Below, piece by piece: positions 36,701 through 49,200 of a stretch of DNA of 64,000 nt. Source of the stretch: Neoechinorhynchus agilis. Taxonomy: Eukaryota > Animalia > Acanthocephala. Position 1 is the stretch's first letter, and every line of letters starts with the position of its first letter. A program made the translations under genes and the position numbers. The notes beneath the pieces were generated by a model. The model searched no databases. It was given only the letters and a program-made list of their open reading frames with translations, and had not been told where the DNA came from. The stretch lies in the NCBI GenBank assembly GCA_051530055.1, contig CM121341.1, positions 7,914,784 through 7,978,783 of the forward strand, in the 5' to 3' direction.

Positions 36701-39700
36701 TTCCGATTGGCAGGAGAGTCGTGTAGTTAGTAATGTGAGAAAATATACCAGCTTTTTGCCATCATCGCCTCCAAAAACATCCCATTTTCTAGAAGCCACA
36801 CATACATCTATCATTCGGTCGACGGTAAAAAGGTCAAAAAGCTTAGAGCGAAACGAGGCTGTAGTCATCAATTTTGCTCCGTGTGGGATCGTTTCCTGAC
36901 ATCTCCCATACTTCATCGTTCGGGAATTACAAGGATTAAAAATCTTGGCTTGGATAAACGAACAACAAATTCATCTGAAATCATTTATGTCAATTGTACG
37001 ATGAGAAATCCGATGTCTTGTATATTCTTAACAAGATAGATTGCTGGAGAGAAAGGTGATGTGGATTCATTTTATATTATTTGCTTTTCCTGAGTTTCAG
37101 CCAGTTAAAATTTGTGAAGGTACATAAAAAGTGAAATTAATTGGTCTACTAAACACCTAAAATTCTTATTACACTTTATCGATTTAAACTTCCATTAATA
37201 TTGTAGAGATTGTGTGAAAACATTCTTTTTAATCAGCATAACTTAAGAAAGTTTGAAATTATCCATATCACAAATTACTGAGTTCTAACATTGTTTGTTC
37301 ACGGTGAACATTCATCGAATCTCCGACGATTAATCCGACTTAGCGGTCTTTTATCTTCGCTAAACTTGACGTCCCAGACGATAACAATAAATAATTCCGA
37401 TTAGATCGTTTTGCTGGAAACAGCAAGCACTTAGGTATCTGCAAAGTCGATTTAGAGCTCAGCAATCTTGCAGTAGACAGACGTGAGTTTACTATAAATC
37501 TGCGATTTATTATACCAAAATGTTTCTTGGTCGTCCAAATCTCACATAAGAAAAACTTATTGATTTTCTTCAACAATAAAGACGATCGATAGTTTTTGTC
37601 ATTTAATCATTTTTGCGTCAAAAAATGTTTTGTCCGATAACGTTATCAAAAATTAAAATGGTCGACTAAAAGTGTTCAAGTGTCCTTTTATAATTTCAAA
37701 TCTTAATACCTGTGAATTAAATCTATGAGTTGCCTTAAATAATTTTGCTGGAACTCGTAAGAGTCTTTGATGCTGAAGTATCAACATGTTGAGTTTTTTC
37801 TAAATTTTTAGAAATGTAAACAATCGATCTTTGTGGATGAAGAAAATCATAATGTCCATCACCGAAGAGTACGATGGAAACTGTATCGAATCGAATTGGA
37901 ATTAAAAAATAAATATTGGAAAAATGTGAGTTTCTAACACTTACAAGCAATCTTGATAAAGGCTTTGGATTGAGCCGGAATATCGATTCAATAAATTTAC
38001 AAAATTTTATCGCCACTACACAACAAAAAATAAATATCCATATATTCTATAAAAACAATTACTAAACATTAAGCTTAAAGATATTTAAACTCGTTTTAAG
38101 TACTTTTTCCACTTAGTCTTAGAAACAATTAACTCAAATCTTTCTTCTATAAATGCTTAAATCGTCTTGCAGTACATTTATTGGAACCATTTATGTAGGT
38201 TAGCTAATGTTTGCGATCAAGGGTATCTAAGGTTTTTGCAGAAATTGAACGGATCATCTCAGTCGAATGTAATACGAAGAATAGTGGATTATCAGTAACG
38301 ATATATCTTTGATTTAATGATTGATTCGCAAACTAAATCCATTGGCAATCAGAGTTTGTGAAATAAAATGGAGTATTGACAACGCACATAAGAGAAATAA
38401 TTTTACAGCAAAAACGGTAAACAGAATAAATTAGGATTGGGAATACTTTATCTATTTAGTCGAGTTCATTTTAATCTCTATTGTCGTCTTCTTCAAACCA
38501 AATCCTACGATAAGAACTTTTGATTGTGAGAGAAGATATGCTTGTGAGAACTATCACATTTGTATTCGAGATATTTGAATACATTAAAAAATAGTTCGGA
38601 TTCATAAGTTATTAAGAGTTTTCTGTGACCGTTGATAATAAAGGTTGCGAATTGTGAGTCCATTAATGATAATCCAAAGAATTAATTGAGTACGTTAAAC
38701 CTTTGATACCAGTTTTATTGGCACTTCCTTTTCTAAAATATCTTCTTAAAGTTTTAAAAGGATAAACTAAGATTCATTTTTGCCATCACATTTCGTTTCA
38801 ATTATCCACTCTATTTATTCGCCCTAGACGAATTTTCTTTAGTTTTGAGAAAATAGAGATTAATTTATTAATTCTCTTTCACAATACTGACGAGAAGGAC
38901 GAAATATTATATGAAAAGAAATCTTTATTTTCTTAAAACTTCACAAAATATATGAGATTATATGAAAGCAAAATGAAAAACTTATATTTGCACTACATGA
39001 TAAGTACTCAGCTCTCCAATCTAAACTGTCTTACTACAGTTATTAAGCGCAAAAATTGACTTAATTAATGTGAATCATGGGAGAAATATTTTAAAGAACT
39101 ATGACTGAATGCATTAACGTTTATTTGCCAAATGCACAGCGGGATTTCCTGCTTCCAAACTCTAACGATCAACGAAATATTCGCCATTTTCTGTGTGGTC
39201 CAACAGCACTTAAAGTTGATTTGCCATCATCATCTCTGTCGAGCATTACGGAAACCCTAAAATTAGAATTAGGGCTACGTTTTACTCATTGGATGTTTTT
39301 GATTCACACCATTGCATCTCCAAGTCAACTAAAGTGCTATTTGAGCATTAGTTGCAAATCGAGTTTGTGCCTTTTTGACACATATGAAAGGTATCATTTT
39401 CCAATTAATCCTATCCGCTAGAAATCAGTGTTAACTAAACTCTCGTCAAATCATTGAGTTTTGCGATGGGCACAAGTCCCATGATGCGAAGCATTGCGTT
39501 CGAGGCAATTAGATTGAGTCGACCTTCCTTTTTTTCTGCTCGTGAATTCGATCAGAAATATGATATCCTACTACTGAGGTTAAAAGGCGTCCCAGAAAGT
39601 TAGTATCGAATAAGCAGTGCCACTGAGACGTTTAAAATCCCCTGAATGCGCATGGATGAGAGTTCGTACTTAAATTTCCAGACTTTCTTTTGTTTAACCT

Positions 39701-39917
39701 TTCACTTTATTTAAAGAACTTAGCGAAATGAAAAAACAGTGCAATAGAAACACTTAGCAAACTACTTCTCAGACGACAGTCAAATGCTCTTGAGTCCATT
39801 TAAAAAAGTTGAATTCGCTAAAAGGTCTGCGTTTTACGACAATAACGCTTTTTAATCTCAATAGAACAAGTTATAAATTTTTTATATAAACGAAAAAGGT
39901 TTCTAAGAACAGTTAAG

Positions 39918-42906
39918 ATGTGCTTCGATCGCATTTCAGATGAAAAATTGATACCTATGTATGGATGGAATTTATACACAATTATTCGTTTTTGTCTTTT
40001 ATCCCTAGTCATATTACTCGTATTAGTTGGCCTCATTGGAAACACAATTTCTCTGTTTCTATTCACAAAGGGAGATATATGTGGTGAATGAATATTTCGT
40101 GCGGTTTATGGTCTCTCCTCAAGTCAAACGAAATCAACCCGACACTTCTCAGCCATATTCTATTTAATGGTTGAGAAAATAGAGATTAATTCCACTTTTT
40201 CGCAATATTTCTTAAGTTTCGTCGGACTTTTTTTGGTCTTAAAGGTGGATGTAGAGTTTTTGTTTAATGATTGAGAAAATAGAAATCACAAATTCTCCTT
40301 TTTTACAATATTTATTAAGTTTCGTCGGACTTCTTTAGGTCTTAAAGGTGAATGTAGAGTTTTTTGTTTAATGATTTAGAAAATAGAGATTAATTCTCCT
40401 TTTTCACACGCAATATTTCTTGAGTTTCGTCGGACTTCTTTAAGTCTTAAAGGTGGAGGTTAGTTTTTTATTCTGTGAATGAGAAAATAGAAATCACAAA
40501 TTCTCCTTTTTTACAATATTTATTAAGTTTTGTCAGACTTCTTTAGGTCTTAAAGGTGGAAGTTAGTTTTTTGTTTAATGATTTAGAAAATAGAGATTAA
40601 TTCCCCTTTTTCACACGCAATATTTCTTCAGTTTCGTCGGACTTCTTTAAGTCTTAAAGGTGGAGGTTATTTTTTTATTCTGTGAATGAGAAAATAGAAA
40701 TCACAAATTCTCCTTTTTTACAATATTTCTTAAGTTTCGTCGGACTTTTTTAGGTCCTAAAGGTGGATGTATAGTTTTTTATTCTGTGATTGAGAAAATA
40801 GAGATCATAAATTCTCCTTTTTCACACGCAATATTTCTTAAGTTTCGTCGGACTTCTTCAGGTCTTAAAGATGGATGTATAGTTTTTTATTCTGTGATTG
40901 AGAAAATAGAGATCATAAATTCTCCTTTTTCACACGCAATATTTCTTAAGTTTCGTCGGACTTCTTCAGGTCTTAAAGATGGATGTAGAGTTTTTTATTC
41001 TGTGATTGAGAAAATGGAGATTAATTCTACTTTTTCGCACGCAATATTTCTTAATTTTCGTCGGACTTCTTTAAGTCTTAAAGGTGGATGTAGAGTTTTT
41101 TGTTCGATGATTGAGAAAATAGAGATCACAAATTCTCCTTTTTCACACGCAATATTTCTTGAGTTTCGTCGGACTTCTTCAGGTCTTAAAGGTGGAGGTT
41201 AGTTTTTTATTCTGTGATTGAGAAAATAGAGCTTAATTCCCTTTTTCGCAATTCAGATTGTTTCGCAAGTTTGTTGTTTAGTTCGTTGAAGCAACAAAAT
41301 TGCGAAACAACCTGAAGATGCCCGACGAGACGGACGAAATATTGTATGAAATGTATTAATCTCTATTTTCTCAATCACCAAGCAAAATATATCCGTGAAC
41401 AACTTTTCAACTAGGCGAGATTATTTCTAGTGCAAATTCTATCGAAAATTAGCGATTCTTATTTTTAAGTTCCACATCAAAGCCAAGTTCTTTTTTCCGT
41501 CTCTGATAAATGTAAGTTTTCCGTGATTTCGAGATTCACATATCGATTCATGCGGTTCGATCTGATTTTTTTAACAGTTCGAATTAAATAGGATTTATGT
41601 TATTTCTGAGTTTTAGTAAAACACCAAATATTACCCAAAAATTTTCTTAAAATGATTAAAAAAATGAATTATGGAAGAGGAAGCGACACTATAGCAAATA
41701 AAAAATAACCCTTTTATTTCTACGTATCTTTTTAGTTGTTTCTAATTTTAAATTTTCTTAATTGTGTAAGCCCAAAAACTTCGCATTATTGTGTAATTTC
41801 AGCAAAAAAAGCCTATGTTGAATTTTCGATTAGAACTATAAGAGATCAATCGAAGACACTAAAACCTTTCGTCTCATTATAAACCGCATGAGAAATATTC
41901 GTTCATGTTAAAGCGGACATCGTTTGCAGTTGTAATGATTGCCCTATCCCTGGGTAATTTATGTAAGATTATAGTGTCCTATATGGTAAATATCACATTT
42001 GAAATTCTCCGGAAACAACGCAGCGCCAGCAATGATCAACTGTGCCAACTTCTTGAACTTTTGGATATTTGCTCCTCTTACGCTGTATCCCAAGCTCTAG
42101 TCTTTTTAGCGATTATCCGCTTAGCCGTCTTTACGGGCTCAAGGGGACTTATTTCATACGCTCATAGAAGCAAATTCCTAACATTCGCCATTATTGCTGG
42201 AATGGCCGTCTTCACAAGTCTTAACATCGGCTTCGTCGTTCGTAATTTTGGTGTTTTAAAGCTAAAGATTAACACTGAAGGTATGACGACCAAGATTTGT
42301 CTTTACAAAAACCAAATTTCAAACTACGTTTATTTCGCTGAACTTCTTTTATTCTATTCGATCATTCCAGCTGCTTGTATGACCATGTTCAGTATCGTTA
42401 TTCACCGAGTAATCAAGCCAATTCGCAACAGGTCTCGAAAAGATCCCGCAATCAATAAGAAAATGCAACAACACCAACAAACCAATGTCGCCTTCTTTTT
42501 TCTAAGTATGCTTCATTTTGTATGTACGATTCCTTATATATTAGTCTGGCTCTGGATCACTATTCGACCATTAGACTTTCGATTGTATGCTTTCCCAGTT
42601 CATATAGCCAAGTTCGCTTACTACATCGGAGTCATAAATCATTCGGCCAATGTATATTTGTGTGCTTTGACCAGTAAAGCCATTCGACAGTACGTAAAGA
42701 GCTTCTTTATTATCAACATTCGGAATGAACCCAATATTGCCGACAAGACATCCAATCTCGATAATAATCCGTTTCAGACAAGCTTCCAGTTACCCAGCAG
42801 CTTCGTGTCCACAGCTCCCAGTCAGGAAAAAACCTTCCCGGATGGCAGTCTCACGAAGTTTTTCCCAAGCTCATTCAACTTTCACGTAGAGTCCAGCGAA
42901 GTGTAA
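39918..42906 (+). CDS. Class A (rhodopsin-like) peptide-type GPCR, 2 exons with an array-filled intron of about 1.85 kb
   Basis: Exon 1 (about 39918-40083) encodes TM1 LLVLVGLIGNTISLFLF; the 41905 ORF encodes TM2-7 (LCQLL..LAIIRL, FVCTIP, INHSANVYL). Exact splice junction uncertain. Confidence 0.8.
40165..41380. repeat. Tandem array (about 107-bp unit, about 10 copies) ending in a family-B foldback (41213-41380)
   Basis: gattgagaaaatagag repeats about every 107 bp; inverted arm attaatctctattttctcaatca at about 41355-41378; CTGAAGA-T-GCCC..GGAC-GAAATATT at 41312-41343. Confidence 0.9.
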
Positions 42907-43504
42907 GAAACGATCTTTAACAATCCATAAATGAAGGATGCAAATAAATCCAGAGAAATCCATGTAGTTTATGTTGATCTAAAATCACGTCTCTCTCTCA
43001 CGATTGCTACAGGAATTCGTAAAGACCGCAATTGAATAAAATCTAAAGATTTTTAAAGAAACAAATAATCATCATGCATCTTAGCCAAAAAATGAAATCG
43101 AGATTGTGGTCTCTTAGTAAAAAAACCGATTTTGTCTAATTCAACAACCTAACAATTCTACTTGTTATCGGGTAAATTATGAAAAAAATATTCACAAAGT
43201 TACAGTCTAGCCCCTAAAAAATGTAATAAATTCTTCAATCAGACTGAATAAATTTTTGTTGTTTTCATTATCGATATTATGCAATCTATACGAGTGACAC
43301 AATCATAAAATAATCGTCCAAGTATTTCAAAGATTGTAGTGAGCGACAGGTTCGCGATAAGCGATTCCTTGCATAATGCTCCTCATTCGCTAGAATTCCG
43401 TTGTATATTTTATCTAAAGCAATAATTGTCTTCAAATGCCACTCGAAACCACATTTAGACTTCCAATTTCGTTGACTTTAATCATTCGAATATTGCTAAT
43501 CATC

Positions 43505-43692
43505 GACACATGAAATCCTTCGGGTAAATTAAAGTTTATAATTTTGGTGAATATAATCCGCCGGTCATAACCTATATTTGATTTATTGGAAATATTTCGC
43601 GAGGAGGTAACTTCATCAATCATTGATTGCAAGTGTTTACGACTGTTAAATATTATGACCGAGGTTGTATGGTCACCAAAATTATAATTCAC
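43505..43692. mobile_element. Foldback element, family C (second copy)
   Basis: Shares aaatccttcg.gtaaattaaagtttataattttggtgaa...gaaatatttcg..gaggtaac with 7940-8040. Confidence 0.75.
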
Positions 43693-44494
43693 AAATTTCT
43701 ATTGAAATAATTTTTTTGAGGACGAAATAATCAGTTTGCCACTCAATGTAATTAAATTCAGTGCCAATTTTTGGACTTATGAACTTAATTAGCTCTCACC
43801 ACACTCCGAAACGAAATAATACTTTAATTTTCTTAAAAATACATTGCCAACTATGAAACGTACCTTTTCTACTCGATCTTTCACTCACTTTGTTTATAGT
43901 GCGGTTGAAATTTAATCGTCGTCGAAATGGGCCAACACGTATCTTACGAAACGTAAAGCACAGTTGAGAAACGCTATCAGAAATTACTAGAACCGATTTA
44001 ATAGAACAGCAATCTTTGAAGAGACTAAAACGTGAAATATCTTTGATTCTATACACATATCAATCAATAATTACATTTTAAAAAATAGAATTTTTAATGA
44101 AATTTCTCGGCCTTTCTATGGAAAACCAAAAATGACCGTGAATCTATCAAAATTTTCATACGAACTTGAAAAGTGTCGCTCTATGCTTTTAAGTCGCAAT
44201 CAAAAATTCTGATTTAATTTACTTTGTGCATAAATCTTTGCTAAAATTTTAAGTTATGAGGTTTTAATTATTACGCGAACAGAAATTTAGTTTCGGTGAG
44301 TTTCGCTTCATTAGTCATAGTTTTTTGCGGCTTCGCGAAATCGAACCAATAAAGTATTTTCTATCCGAGGAAGGAATATGATCACTACATCTCCAACTCT
44401 GTCATCCCGAAGGAGTTTCTCACAATGGGTTTACAGAAATGTGTCGGTTAATTTAGTCCATTGAAACCGGAAATGAAACAATTTAAGTCGAAAG

Positions 44495-45840
44495 GGAATA
44501 TTTCTTGGACTTTCTCTACATGGTTGATTTTTTCCGGAATCGAATGAAATCGTGCTTAAAACCTTGAAACAAACGGTAATGAGTTTGTATGGATCCCTTT
44601 GGATTCTCAGAACCCTCCTCCCGAGGAGGAGGAAGGATTCATCAGTGAGTTTTCTCTTCCCTTCAGCAGTAACGCGCAGTTTAAAGATCAGTTCTCATAA
44701 TGGCTTTACAGAAAGACTACTTTTACAAATTTAATAGGCCAGAAAGCATTGATCGATACACTTTTCATTAACTGAGAATCTTAAGAAATTAATACGAAAG
44801 GGAATATCTCTTGGACTTCCTCTACACGGTTGATTTTTTCCGGAATCGAATGAAATCGTGCTTAAAACCTTGAAACAAACGGTAATGAGTTTGTATGGAT
44901 CCCTTTGGATTTTCAGATCTTTCCTCCTGAGGTGGAGGAGGGACTCATCAGTGAGTTTTCCTAGGACTTCATTCAGTTCTCATAATGGTTTTACAGAAAG
45001 ACTACTTTTACAAATTTAATAGGCCAGAAAGCATTGATCGATACACTTTTCATTAACTGAGAATCTTAAGAAATTAATACGAAAGGGAATATCTCTTGGA
45101 CTTCCTCTACATGGTTGATTTTTTCCGGAATCGAATGAAATCGTGCTTAAAACCTTGAAACAAACGGTAATGAGTTTGTATGGATCCCTTTGGATTTTCA
45201 GATCTTTCCTCCTGAGGTGGAGGAGGGACTCATCAGTGAGTTTTCTCCTAGGACTTCATTCAGTTCTCATAATGGTTTTACAGAAAGACTACTTTTACAA
45301 ATTTAATAGCCAGAAAGCATTGATCGATACACTTTTCATTAACTGAGAATCTTAAGAAATTAATACGAAAGGGAATATCTCTTGGACTTCCTCTACATGG
45401 TTGATTTTTTCCGGAATCGAATGAAATCGTGCTTAAAACCTTGAAACAAACGGTAATGAGTTTGTATGGATCCCTTTGGATTCTCAGAACCCTCCTCCCG
45501 AGGAGGAGGAGGAAGGATTCATCAGTGAGTTTTCTCTTCCCTTCAGCAGTAACGCGCAGTTTAAAGATCAGTTCTCATAATGGCTTTGCATAAAGACTAC
45601 TTTTACAAATTTAATAGGCCAGAAAGCATTGATCGATACACTTTTCATTAACTGAGAATCTTAAGAAATTAATACGAAAGGGAATATCTCTTGGACTTCC
45701 TCTACACGGTTGATTTTTTCCGGAATCGAATGAAATCGTGCTTAAAACCTTCAAACAAACGGTAATGAGTTTGTATGAATCCCTCTTGGATTTTCAGATC
45801 TTTCCTCCTGAGGTGGAGGAGGGACTCATCAGTGAGTGAT
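44495..45840. repeat. Tandem array, 285-308-bp units, 5 copies, derived from LINE coding sequence
   Basis: ggaatcgaatgaaatcgtgcttaaaacc at about 44536, 44842, 45127, 45414, 45722; homologous to 11727-11860. Confidence 0.92.
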
Positions 45841-46216
45841 CGATGAAACCCTTTTGATTATCAGAGAATCTTAAAAATTTAAGTTGAAGATGTTTTCCCC
45901 ATCGCCATAAAGAAATTGCCCAAAATCTGCTACGAATTCCGGTTTTCTTTAAGGATTTTGGCTATACTTGGAAAGATTGCCATTGTCCTAAGATGAAGAT
46001 CGATCGATTCGATGTATATTAAATGCGATAAAGTTTCTTAACTCTTTTTCCATGACGCTTGGATTCACATCGTGTGCGGAGGTACACCGTGACGACTGCG
46101 CACTTTTTAACACTCCCTGACTTGTATACTCACTTCTTGGTTTCACTACCTGTTCACTAGAGTTCCACGGAAACGATTCAGCGAGTTACAAGACGAATCA
46201 TTCAATTAGCTGAAGA

Positions 46217-49200
46217 ATGGAAATCAACGAACTTCTTGTAGATTATCAGCAACTCGTAGAACAAGGCCATCGCGCAGTCGCCGAATGGCTCAAGCAAGTT
46301 TCCCACTACAGCCAGGAATCTTACGACGAGACAGCTAATCGTATACAGCATCAGGGTCACATTAGAGCTATTCTGAGAAACCTGATTCAGCTTATCGATT
46401 CAGATCTCGGAAATGTATTCCACCATCTCATATCTACAAGCATTTCACAACTACTTAGAAATCACGACTCCATGCTTTTATTGGACGTAATCAATAAATG
46501 CAATAAGACAATCGAAAAATCCAAGTATAAAATGTAAGCACGGAAACATTAAGACTGTAAAAATTCAAAACTAGTTTAATAGATGCGCTCTTACAGTACT
46601 TGTTAATGTCTACCAATATCTCAATCGATCCGCTGGTCACTCGTCTGAAGAAACGGTTTCTATTTGTTCAAAAATATTCTATTCTGGCAAACTTGGTTGT
46701 GATTGTGTGAGTTACTTTCATTAATAATGGGGTTTTTTCAAACTTGTTTTAGTCGATGCAATCAATGCTAAAATCTTCAAGGTTTGCTCAATTGTAATTG
46801 AGGAATCAAATGCACGCAATCGTTTAATTCACCAATCAATTCTTAAAATGGTCCAAAGAGCGCTGAGTAGCCCAAAAGAGTGTTTTGGAATTCTCGATTC
46901 CGTGGCTCAAACTTTATGCAACCTTGTGAAATCCAATTCGTCCCTCCTGGTTTCCACGGATTTGGAAAAAATGATCTTTATCTTATTGGATTCAGTTGCG
47001 TTCTCGGTTTGGACCGAAGATAGTGGATCCAAATGGATTTCCATTTCAGAGTCATTGGCTAGCCTCTGCTTGTCCAAAAAAGGTGGAAATATCGAAGGTG
47101 AGAACTGTCATAAATCTATTCTTGTGCTGACTTAAATTTTCGGAAATAGAATCGCTCAAGTATGTCAGTGATACTCTGCTTCTATATGCCAATAAGAAGA
47201 AACCATTACAACAATCGACTAATAATACAAAAGTCGCCAACCAAGTTACAATGTTGTCGTTGGTAAGGAAAGCTTGCGACTCAAATAAGTTGTTTTTTGG
47301 CGTAACAATTAAAATGATTTTATTTTAAATTCGGCACACGAGTAGATCTCAGTACTTCCCGGACTCCTTTCCCTCAATTGAAAAAACTAACCTGTTTACT
47401 AGTCTAAAATGAGGACTTAATTACACAATAATTTCCAGTTTGTCTTTTTGAATTAAATTAGTGAATAAAATATAAAAAGCTTTTTGCAGGGATTTAGTTT
47501 TATCAGAATAGGATCAGGCCTGATATTTAGTGCCCTCGCTTTTAAAGAGATTAAAATAAATTTCATTGTTAAAAAATAAAAAATTTATTGGCTGGAAAAT
47601 GAGGAGAATAATACCAGATTTTAAGGGGACTTCGATTTGGGAACGATGACCTTTTTTAAAATGTTCTCAAGTTTTTTAATAAAATGATTGAAAAAGGGCA
47701 ATCGAAATTCAGGAAGACGTCCCTTTCCAAAGAAACATAATGAACCTCCTAAAAGCGTAATTAAAATTCTATAAATATAATTAAAAGTGAGCGCTTTATA
47801 AAATATTCCAGAGAGCGAGGAATTAATAAAAAAAACGTTGCCTATTTGATGGAAAATTTATGCCAAGAATCTTGTGAGCGTTTATCACAAGGTTGTTAAA
47901 GTGTTTAAGTGCGGTTTTAATACTTTCACTTTAATTTCTTCGTGCCAGAAAACAATCAAAATGAATAATTTTAATCTTCAAACACTCAAATAAGTGCTCA
48001 GTTTAATTTTCGATTTGTTTCGTCCACTTACTGCTCGATTTGTTCATAAAAAATATCAAGAAAATCCTCAATTTTAAGTCCGTCGCCCATTAACTTAAAA
48101 AATATGGGTCTTTGTGGGTTTTCGCCTTCAATTTTTTTAAGAATGAATGCGTTTGCTGCCAGAAAACAATCAAAATGAATAATTTTAATCTTCAAACACT
48201 CAAATAAGTGCTCAGTTCAATTTTCGATTTGTTTCGTCCACTTACTGCTCGATTTGTTCATAAAAAATATCAAGAAAATCCTCAATTTTAAGTCCGTCGC
48301 CCATTAACTTAAGAAATATGGGTCCTTGTGGGTTTTCGCCTTCAATTTTTTTAAGAATGAATGCGTTTGCTGCCAGAAAACAATCAAAATGAATAATTTT
48401 AATCTTCAAACACTCAAATAAGTGCTCAGTTTAATTTTCGATTTGTTTCGTCCACTTACTGCTCGATTTGTTCATAAAAAATATCAAGAAAATCCTCAAT
48501 TTTAAGTCCGTCGCCCATTAACTTAAGAAATATGGGTCTTTGTGGGTTTTCGCCTTCAAATTTTTTTAAAAATGAATGCGTTTGCTGCCAGAAAACAATC
48601 AAAATGAATAATTTTAATCTTCAAACACTCAAATAAGTGCTCAGTTTAATTTTCGATTTGTTTCGTCCACTTACTGCTCGATTTGTTCATAAAAAATATC
48701 AAGCAATCCTCAATTTTAAGTCCGTCGCCCATTAACTTAAGAAATATGGGTCTTTGTGGGTTTTCACCTTCAATTTTTTTTTAAAATGAATGCGTTTGCT
48801 GCCAGAAAACAATCAAAATGAATAATTTTAATCTTCAAACACTCAAATAAGTGCTCAGTTTAATTTTCGATTTGTTTCGTCCACTTACTGCTCGATTTGT
48901 TCATAAAAAATATCAAGCAATCCTCAATTTTAAGTCCGTCGCCCATTAACTTAAGAAATATGGGTCTTTGTGGGTTTTCGCCTTCAAATTTTTTTAAAAA
49001 TGAATGCGTTTGCTGTTAGAAAACAATCAAAATGAATAATTTTAATCTTCAAACACTCAAATAAGTGCTCAGTTTAATTTTCGATTTGTTTCGTCCACTT
49101 ACTGCTCGATTTGTTCATAAAAAATATCAAGAAATCCTCAATTTTAAGTCCGTCGCCCATTAACTTAAGAAATATGGGTCTTTGTGGGTTTTCGCCTTCA

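Noticed and set aside
36671-39800. Short ORFs, including 36671-36916
   Set aside because: No recognisable motifs and no consistent splice model.
40786-41202. 138-aa repetitive ORF
   Set aside because: Product of a 108-bp repeat period staying in frame inside an intron.
44930-44960. CTGATGAGTCC on the minus strand of the 300-bp array as a hammerhead
   Set aside because: No matching GGAC-GAAA closure; explained by LINE codons (LTDES).
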